NCBI GenBank assembly: GCA_040382515.1
Contig: JBEIFH010000001.1
Span: 32,001-96,000 of the forward strand
Direction: 5' to 3'
Source of the DNA: Chlamydiia bacterium
GTDB lineage: Bacteria > Chlamydiota > Chlamydiia > Chlamydiales > RGXB01
Length of the DNA stretch: 64,000 nucleotides
In this document: positions 57,636 through 64,000 of the stretch, piece by piece
How the letters are laid out: every line of letters starts with the position of its first letter
Numbering within the stretch: position 1 is the stretch's first letter
Program-made: the position numbers and the translations under genes
The notes under the pieces: generated by a model
The model's database searches: none
What the model saw: only the letters and a program-made list of their open reading frames with translations
Told to the model about the DNA's origin: nothing

Positions 57636-60137
57636 CTATGAAATGTGTACCTTGTAGAGCGTGTAAGGTTGTGAAACGCCTTGAAATGTCCTCTCCCCCA
57701 TACAATCTGCAACGACCTGCCCCACGACGTTGTCATAGACATTTGTGGTGATCCAAATTTCCCCCTCGTTTGCCTCATCGCAAACCCTGGAGGTCACATT
57801 CACAGCCGAACCGATAACGGTAAATTCACTGTGGTCTTCAGACCCCATGATACCCTCGGTAACTTTAGCATAATGGATCCCTATCCCTGCCTCTAGGACA
57901 ACTTTGAACTCTTTTTTTCGGATTTCGTTAAGCTCTTTTATCCGGCTCTGAATTTCTATAGCTGCCCTCACAGCTTTTAATGGCCCTTCGGGATGCTCAT
58001 CAGGGACACCCCATAGCGCAAGGACGGCATCCCCTTCAAATTTATCGATCATCCCGCCATGTTTTTTTAAAATATGGACAATCTCATTAAAATAGGTGTT
58101 GAGCATCAAAACCATCTGATCTGCGGGCATCATTTCGGTCTTTGAGGTAAATTTTCTGAAATCAAAAAAGAAAATAGTTGCAAGCACCTGTTTGCCATGG
58201 AGCGAATTTTCGTCAGAAAGGAGCTTATCGGCAATTTCGGGGGCTAAAAACTTATGCAGAACGTTTCTTGTCCGCTCCCCCTCCCGAATCCGCTTTACCA
58301 TAGCTTCGAAATTGGTAAAAAGCGATCTTAGTTCATCCGGCTCATTTTCATAAGACCCCTGAAATACAAACTCTTTTTCATTACCGCTACCCACCGACTG
58401 CACCGCATCTGCAAGTGAAGAGAGCGGTTTTAGTACGGAGCGGAGCAAATACCACAAAAGAGCAACGATCGTAATCGATAATAGAACACCAAAAATGTAC
58501 ATCTCTTCGGTCAAAGAGCGAAGAAGGTTCTTTATGTCGCGTGCCAAGCCCTGTAAAATCTGTATCTCACTACTTCGCAATTTAAAGACAAATAGATCCA
58601 TGTCCATATCTTCATAGGGTTGAATCCTGAAGAAAATATACTCGTTTCCGAGGGCGTCAGTTGTGACTCCATTGGATACTTTTTTGATTTTTTGGATAAT
58701 ATCGGTGCTAAGCATGATTTTATTCTCTACAGATCCGTCAGGCTTGTAGGCCCTCAAGACCTGATCATTGACGATCAAAAATATCGACTCCTGCGTCGCA
58801 ACGGCAACTTTTTGTAAGAATTTAGAGGCATCAATCCCCAGCATGATGCCACCGGAGAGGTTTTTGTTGGTCTTCGGATCCAGATAATTGAGCTGCAATC
58901 TATTTCCGATATACAATCTGCTGTCGGTAGGATGGTAAATAATCCCCACTCCCCCATTCAACTTCTCCAAATCGTTATCAAATCCGCCGCTGATACCTGT
59001 AGGATCAAAGAGCTTGAAAGGAATATCCGGAGATAGCTCTTCCCAAATAAACCCAAACCCTTTTGGGGAATCCCCTTGCAACCTGGCAAAACCGTCCGGT
59101 GCAGACGGGGCCATCGGATCATCGCCGAAAATCCCCGATAAAAAAAGGGTGCTGAACTGCCAAATAAACCGTTGCAAATCCCAATTCCTGCTCATCTCCT
59201 CATAACGGACCGGTATTATATCCTGATTATCTAAAGAATCCTCGGAGATACGCTCTAGTTTTTCATAGATCGTTTCCCCTTTCTTGATCTGAGATCTCAA
59301 CGGATCCAGTTTATTTTTAAGCCATGTGGAGGCATCCGGAGAATCTAAAATTTGGTAAAGCTCTTTCGATTCGTTCGTCAATAAAGCGTTATGAATCTTT
59401 TTTAAACTCTCTATCGTTGTCTGGCAAATAGCTTGAAAACTAGGGTCATTTTTTACCCAAACGCTGATTTGCACCGGTTTGATCGGATTTTCAAATACGG
59501 TAGCTTTCAGATTGGATACATCCAGATTGAGTATGTCTTTCGGATTGAATAAAAGCCAAAAAGAGGCACCCTCCGGTTGCTCACCTAGCCCTGGAATATT
59601 GAAAGAGCTGTAGTTGACTTCAGACCCCATCCAAACGGGAATCCCGATAAACGGCCCCAAAACGTTTCCTTGAGAGTCATATTTTGCGAAGATCTCAACA
59701 CCTGGAGCCCCTGTAAAATGCCAAAAACCGTCTACGTAGGGGGGTTGCATCGCAAAAAGAGAGGCAATTTTATCCTCGTTTTCGACCTGGATAAACTCCA
59801 CCCACGGATTCAATAAAATTGTGGAGGCAGAGGCAAACCACGATCCTTTGGCATAATTTTCCGGTGTTGGGATAAATTGCCCTTTGACGTATTCATACTG
59901 ATTGATTTTCATCAACAGCATGTTTGTCCGTACCTGGGTATCAGAAAGGACCGAACGCAAGTAGCGCTCTAGATTTTCCTTCTTCTCCTCATTTTGCCGG
60001 ATAATCTCTTGTTCAACATTTGTTTCTGCCTTCCCGAGTTTTCTGGAGATTGTGAGCTGTTGGACCACGATATAGGTAACAAAGCCCACAACGCAGACAA
60101 GGCTTACCAATGAGAGTATTTTTACCCTTAGACGCAT
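57636..60137 (-). CDS. membrane-bound class III adenylate cyclase (periplasmic domain, TM, HAMP, cyclase)
   Basis: Two TM segments, KPLSSL..DELRSL..NFEAM HAMP, FFDFRKFT, DKFEGDA, GIGIH, FTVIGSAVNVTSR. Confidence 0.9.
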   Translation of the reverse strand: MRLRVKILSLVSLVCVVGFVTYIVVQQLTISRKLGKAETNVEQEIIRQNEEKKENLERYLRSVLSDTQVRTNMLLMKINQYEYVKGQFIPTPENYAKGSWFASASTILLNPWVEFIQVENEDKIASLFAMQPPYVDGFWHFTGAPGVEIFAKYDSQGNVLGPFIGIPVWMGSEVNYSSFNIPGLGEQPEGASFWLLFNPKDILNLDVSNLKATVFENPIKPVQISVWVKNDPSFQAICQTTIESLKKIHNALLTNESKELYQILDSPDASTWLKNKLDPLRSQIKKGETIYEKLERISEDSLDNQDIIPVRYEEMSRNWDLQRFIWQFSTLFLSGIFGDDPMAPSAPDGFARLQGDSPKGFGFIWEELSPDIPFKLFDPTGISGGFDNDLEKLNGGVGIIYHPTDSRLYIGNRLQLNYLDPKTNKNLSGGIMLGIDASKFLQKVAVATQESIFLIVNDQVLRAYKPDGSVENKIMLSTDIIQKIKKVSNGVTTDALGNEYIFFRIQPYEDMDMDLFVFKLRSSEIQILQGLARDIKNLLRSLTEEMYIFGVLLSITIVALLWYLLRSVLKPLSSLADAVQSVGSGNEKEFVFQGSYENEPDELRSLFTNFEAMVKRIREGERTRNVLHKFLAPEIADKLLSDENSLHGKQVLATIFFFDFRKFTSKTEMMPADQMVLMLNTYFNEIVHILKKHGGMIDKFEGDAVLALWGVPDEHPEGPLKAVRAAIEIQSRIKELNEIRKKEFKVVLEAGIGIHYAKVTEGIMGSEDHSEFTVIGSAVNVTSRVCDEANEGEIWITTNVYDNVVGQVVADCMGERTFQGVSQPYTLYKVHIS

Positions 60138-60290
60138 AGCATACATTTACCAAAACATCTAAAAACTATACACCCAAAAAAGCTCATTTTCCGACTGGAT
60201 CTATCCACAAAGGCTTTTTTGACAAAAAATTTTAATTTTTTCGGCTTAACTTTAGCTCTATTGTAAAAATCGGTTTCAACGGCCTGTATC

Positions 60291-61244
60291 TCAAAAGAAA
60301 GATTCCAATCCGGTGAGAACCTCGCAACCTGTTTCTGTGATCTGCACCATACTTTCATATCTTGCACCCCCTATACCTGCCGTATAAAGCCCGGGTTCGA
60401 TTGTGATCACCATGTTAGGCAGCAGGATCCCCTTTTTATCGGATTTGAAAAATGGCCTCTCATGGACCTCCAAACCGATCCCGTGAGATAAAGAATGGTC
60501 TTTGAAAGGGATTTTATCCTTTACGATCCGGTCCAGGTCTTCCAAAGTGCACCCCGGTCTGCAAGCCTCAATAGCGAGATCGTGTGCCTCTTTTACCTCC
60601 TGAATGAAGGGGCTAGAGATCGTTCTTGTCATGTCCCCCATATAGTGTCCGACTTTTACCCCCAAATCCACCAAAACAGCCTCACCCTTTCTATATTTTC
60701 GATTGGTTGGGCGATGATGCACATGAGCGCTGTTGGATCCAAAAGCGATGATGGGGGTGAACGAAGGGTGTTTGACCAAGGTTTCAAGCTCCTCTTCGGT
60801 GACCCCTTCATGAATCGATTGAAGCACCATTTTCATCGTTTCTTTTGTTCGGTTAGCCGCTTTTTTTAATTCTTGGATCTCGTGGGGATCTTTGACCATG
60901 CGCAGTTCCTCGACAAGCATTTCGGACTTGAAATTGACCGATCGATTCTCATCGACAAGTTCCTGGTACCGGGTAAGGGTCAGGTGATCCCCCTCTACCG
61001 CAACAGTTTTATGATGTTTGAACCGCTCTTTTAAGGGTTCATCGCTTAAATGCAGTCCCCTCTCTTCAGCCGCAACTTTGTATCTGGAATCCAGATAGAG
61101 CCGGTACGACCCCTGTTCGACGACCAACATCCCAACGGAAAGTTCTATCCCCAAAAGATAAAAAATATTCACCGGCTTAGTGACCACAAAGCAATCGAAT
61201 CTCTTTTCCTGGAGCTTGTGATACAGCTTTTCTAACCTTTCCAT
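60291..61244 (-). CDS. pepP: Xaa-Pro aminopeptidase (M24 family)
   Basis: LRMVKD..EI, D.G....Y.GDMTRT, HGIGLEVHE.P, TIEPGLY, G.RYE. Confidence 0.9.
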   Translation of the reverse strand: MERLEKLYHKLQEKRFDCFVVTKPVNIFYLLGIELSVGMLVVEQGSYRLYLDSRYKVAAEERGLHLSDEPLKERFKHHKTVAVEGDHLTLTRYQELVDENRSVNFKSEMLVEELRMVKDPHEIQELKKAANRTKETMKMVLQSIHEGVTEEELETLVKHPSFTPIIAFGSNSAHVHHRPTNRKYRKGEAVLVDLGVKVGHYMGDMTRTISSPFIQEVKEAHDLAIEACRPGCTLEDLDRIVKDKIPFKDHSLSHGIGLEVHERPFFKSDKKGILLPNMVITIEPGLYTAGIGGARYESMVQITETGCEVLTGLESFF

Positions 61245-62926
61245 CCAAAACACCTTTTCAACTGTGCCTCTTTGAGAGGGACATAGACTTTATGAGAAAA
61301 ATCTTTTTTTGTTTCGAGCAATTCTCTAAATGCTTGCGTCGCAATAAGAAGATCTTTTTTTAAATACCCTTTGCGCATTTTCGGCAAAAGCATCTCTAAG
61401 AGGGCCTCATCTGTACGATGGGGGTTTTCTAAAATTTCGGAAACTATTTTTTCTAATTGTTCAGGGTCAATACAGGGGGCCAAACCTTCAACCGATAGGG
61501 TCATCTTTGAGATAAAACGGGCTTCTACACCAAATCTACGTAATCTTTTAATAGCTTCATCTTCATCGAGATCAAATAAAGATTCGAGCCGGACTGTTCT
61601 ACTCACACACTCTGTTTGAATCGACACATCGTAACGGAGGATCTGCTCTTTGGCTAAAAAATCTTCCAAAAGGGCTAGATCGACAAGCACCGTATTTTCT
61701 TCATAAGAGGCAAATAAAAAACCTTCAACAATCATAATCCCCGTCACAGATATGAGAGGCGTTTGTTTAAAAATAACACTCTTAATGTCAGAAGAAGGGG
61801 TGGTAGAACCCGGGTGTACTTTCAAGTTTTCATTTTGACCCCTTTTTTCAAGGGGAAAAGAAAATGCATCCCACTGGGGAAAAGAAAAATCCTTTGTTTG
61901 CGAAAATTCTTGATTTGGACTCGCTAGGCAGAGTTGTTGCATAAAAGCCTTATCCAGCGCTTTTTGAACGATCCGGTACCACCTGTTCTCCTCTTTGAGG
62001 CGCACGATGCTTTTTTGCGGGTGGACGTTCACATCGACAAGGTCTAAAGGGATGTCAAGAAAGAGGATCAAAATAGGGTGTGTTTTCGGAGGGAAATGTT
62101 TTTGATACGCTTCATAAGCGGCCATCTGGATCAATGGACTTGATGCGGTCCTTTGATTGATGAAAAAATATTGCTGGCTGCGCGTTTTTTGCCCCTCTTC
62201 TGCTACACTCACTAACCCAAAGCAGCGAACCCCCTCCTCACTATGTTCAAATGCGTGCACTTTGTTTAAAAAATCGAAGCCAAAGAGGTCCTTGGCACGA
62301 TCTTCAAGAGAGTCCGCTTGGGGACAATCGAATTCGAGCTTTTTGTCTATAGTGAAACTGAATCGGATTTTCGGATTGCAGAGGGCTATTTTTTGGACTA
62401 TTTTCTGGACATCCATAGTCGCACCTCTGATCGTCTTTTGAAACTCCAGACGTGCCGGAACATTGTAAAAAAGGGAGTAAATTTCAAAAGTTGTCCCGTG
62501 CTCTTTAAAACAGGGGCCGTTTGAGATCATTTTGCCTGCCCTCATTTCGACCAAGGTTCCCTCGCCCCCCTCGATCGGCGCGGTTTTCATTAGCAAATGA
62601 CTGATGCTTGCTATCGAGGAGAGGGCTTCGCCGCGAAATCCGAGCGTTGCAATCCCTTTGAGGTCCTGTTGTCCACGAATTTTACTGGTGGCATGCCGCT
62701 CAAAACAAACAAGGGCATCCTCTTTGGGCATACCGATACCGTTATCCATGATTTTTATAGATTCAAACCCCCCACCTTGAATTTCGATATGGATGGTTGT
62801 GCTAGAGGCATCGATCGAGTTTTCCACAAGCTCTTTGATGCAACTTGCCGGATTTTCTACAACCTCTCCGGCTGCGATCAGATTAATTAAATGCTCCTCA
62901 AGGAGAAAAATGGGGCTTCGTTGCAT
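61232..62926 (-). CDS. mutL: DNA mismatch repair protein MutL
   Basis: IAAGEVVENPAS.IKELVENSIDA, DNG.GM, RHATSKI, GFRGEALSSI, LFYNVPAR, DVNVHP.K. Confidence 0.95.
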   Translation of the reverse strand: MQRSPIFLLEEHLINLIAAGEVVENPASCIKELVENSIDASSTTIHIEIQGGGFESIKIMDNGIGMPKEDALVCFERHATSKIRGQQDLKGIATLGFRGEALSSIASISHLLMKTAPIEGGEGTLVEMRAGKMISNGPCFKEHGTTFEIYSLFYNVPARLEFQKTIRGATMDVQKIVQKIALCNPKIRFSFTIDKKLEFDCPQADSLEDRAKDLFGFDFLNKVHAFEHSEEGVRCFGLVSVAEEGQKTRSQQYFFINQRTASSPLIQMAAYEAYQKHFPPKTHPILILFLDIPLDLVDVNVHPQKSIVRLKEENRWYRIVQKALDKAFMQQLCLASPNQEFSQTKDFSFPQWDAFSFPLEKRGQNENLKVHPGSTTPSSDIKSVIFKQTPLISVTGIMIVEGFLFASYEENTVLVDLALLEDFLAKEQILRYDVSIQTECVSRTVRLESLFDLDEDEAIKRLRRFGVEARFISKMTLSVEGLAPCIDPEQLEKIVSEILENPHRTDEALLEMLLPKMRKGYLKKDLLIATQAFRELLETKKDFSHKVYVPLKEAQLKRCFGWKG

Positions 62927-62980
62927 ACCCAAGATTGTAGCAAAATAAAAGAAAAAAGGGGATTGGAAGGTTATTCTTTG

Positions 62981-63044
62981 AAAAAAAAGATCCGAACCAT
63001 AATTCTATCATGTAGGCCATGATAGTTTGTTTTATGGCTCGGAT
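62981..63044 (-). terminator. long hairpin plus U tract on the minus strand
   Basis: ATCCGAGCCATAA pairs with TTATGGTTCGGAT and CTATCATG with CATGATAG, followed by CTTTTTTTT. Confidence 0.65.
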
Positions 63045-63046
63045 GG

Positions 63047-63167
63047 TTAAAGAAAACACCCTTGTTCAATGACTAAAGATTCGTACTTTAAGTGTATCGG
63101 CCTTCGCCAACTACACCCGGTTCGATTCCTTGCTACGGCCTAATGATCCACCTGGTCCCTTCTTTAA
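63047..63167 (-). ncRNA. candidate structured non-coding RNA (rod-like)
   Basis: Nested complementarity along 121 nt with G-U pairs favouring the minus strand, no ORF, followed by a terminator. Confidence 0.5.
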
Positions 63168-63219
63168 TTAACCAATAACATTTTTAGTAATTTTTTTTAA
63201 GAAAAATTTATATTTTTTT

Positions 63220-64000
63220 ATGATTCGGATCTTATCCAGCCTTATTACCTTAGCCTCAGTTAGCTACGGAGCTTATTATTTTTCCTCCCAACACCCCGAG
63301 GTAAAAGCAAAGGTGATGGATATTATTTATTCTGGCAATTTCCATACCCTTGAGGCGAGGCTTAGCTCTAAGCAGATTATGGAGGCGAACAAACGGAAGC
63401 TTTTGAAAGACGACCGGCACCATTTTCTAGAGCCCATAACACTCTATTCCCCCTATCTTTTGCTTGAGATCAAATACACAAAGCCGGATCACACCACCGG
63501 AGAAGGGATCATCCTCTGGGACCTTATCGACGGGGAGATGGTGATGAACACCGAAGGGTGGGATAAGACCCATGGGTATGCAGATTGTATCAAAGCAAGG
63601 CTCACAAAAAATGAGTTCAAAGTGATCAATTTGCTTGCAGAACGGGGTGGGGCCTTGGATAGAGGGGCGCTGGCCCGTCTTCTGGCTGCAGAAAATGAGA
63701 CGCTGGACAAAGTGATCGATGCCTGTAGACGAAAAAAACTGATTGTTTTGACCGGGAATCAATATCGGCTTCACCTGAAAAGCCCAAAAATCAGCGTCAT
63801 ACCCGAAACCTCTATCGACGACCATCTGGTCACTAAGTCCCTCAAAAACGCACAGCGGTTATCGCAGAGATTTTCAGAGTGGCAAATCCGGCAATTGGCA
63901 GAATCTACCTTTGGTGCCGATTTTGCGATCAGAAGCACCCTTAATGTCTACCTTCCGATCTATAATATCACTGTAGGAAACCCTGACGGGACCTTTCACA
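63220..64000 (+). CDS. hypothetical membrane-anchored protein, 3' end outside the window (absent from the ORF track)
   Basis: ATG at 63220 opens MIRILSSLITLASVSYGAYYF...PYLLLEIKY...EGIILWDLIDGEMV...THGYADCI; only antisense shadow ORFs are listed here. Confidence 0.8.
   Translation, partial: MIRILSSLITLASVSYGAYYFSSQHPEVKAKVMDIIYSGNFHTLEARLSSKQIMEANKRKLLKDDRHHFLEPITLYSPYLLLEIKYTKPDHTTGEGIILWDLIDGEMVMNTEGWDKTHGYADCIKARLTKNEFKVINLLAERGGALDRGALARLLAAENETLDKVIDACRRKKLIVLTGNQYRLHLKSPKISVIPETSIDDHLVTKSLKNAQRLSQRFSEWQIRQLAESTFGADFAIRSTLNVYLPIYNITVGNPDGTFH

Noticed and set aside
63116..63132. GGTTCGATTCC T-loop-like sequence suggesting a tRNA
   Set aside because: There is no T-stem, acceptor stem or anticodon arm around it; it is better explained as part of the minus-strand rod.
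1..64000. CRISPR arrays, IS elements, integrases, prophage or defence genes
   Set aside because: I saw no regularly spaced repeats and no transposase, integrase, phage or nuclease-system motifs in the listed ORFs.

Overview
This window is chromosomal DNA from an environmental member of the Chlamydiota. The call rests on typical chlamydial genes and gene orders: gpmA/rluB, sctJ-(K)-L-R-S-T, sufBCDS, mcsA/mcsB, rpsB-tsf-pyrH-frr, a giant PBP2, gpsA beside a eukaryote-type UDP-sugar pyrophosphorylase, psd/secA, lpdA-lipA, glgC, glgP and mutL-pepP. It is mostly core genome with three tRNAs. I see no IS element, prophage or CRISPR array, and I cannot support one large novel multi-gene system. Best candidates for follow-up: (1) an unannotated rod-like structured RNA with its own terminator upstream of mutL; (2) a eukaryote-like PP2C-fold putative effector that has lost its metal-binding aspartates; (3) an IspD-SDR fusion resembling CDP-ribitol synthases; (4) a three-gene porin array whose promoter holds a pho-box-like direct repeat; (5) many apparently leaderless genes; (6) a probable AUU start codon in the type III secretion operon; (7) a truncated McsB pseudokinase; (8) an adenylate cyclase next to a sensor-less histidine kinase; (9) a degenerate tandem duplication of the psd 3' end. 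All calls come from reading motifs by eye; no searches or folding programs were run.
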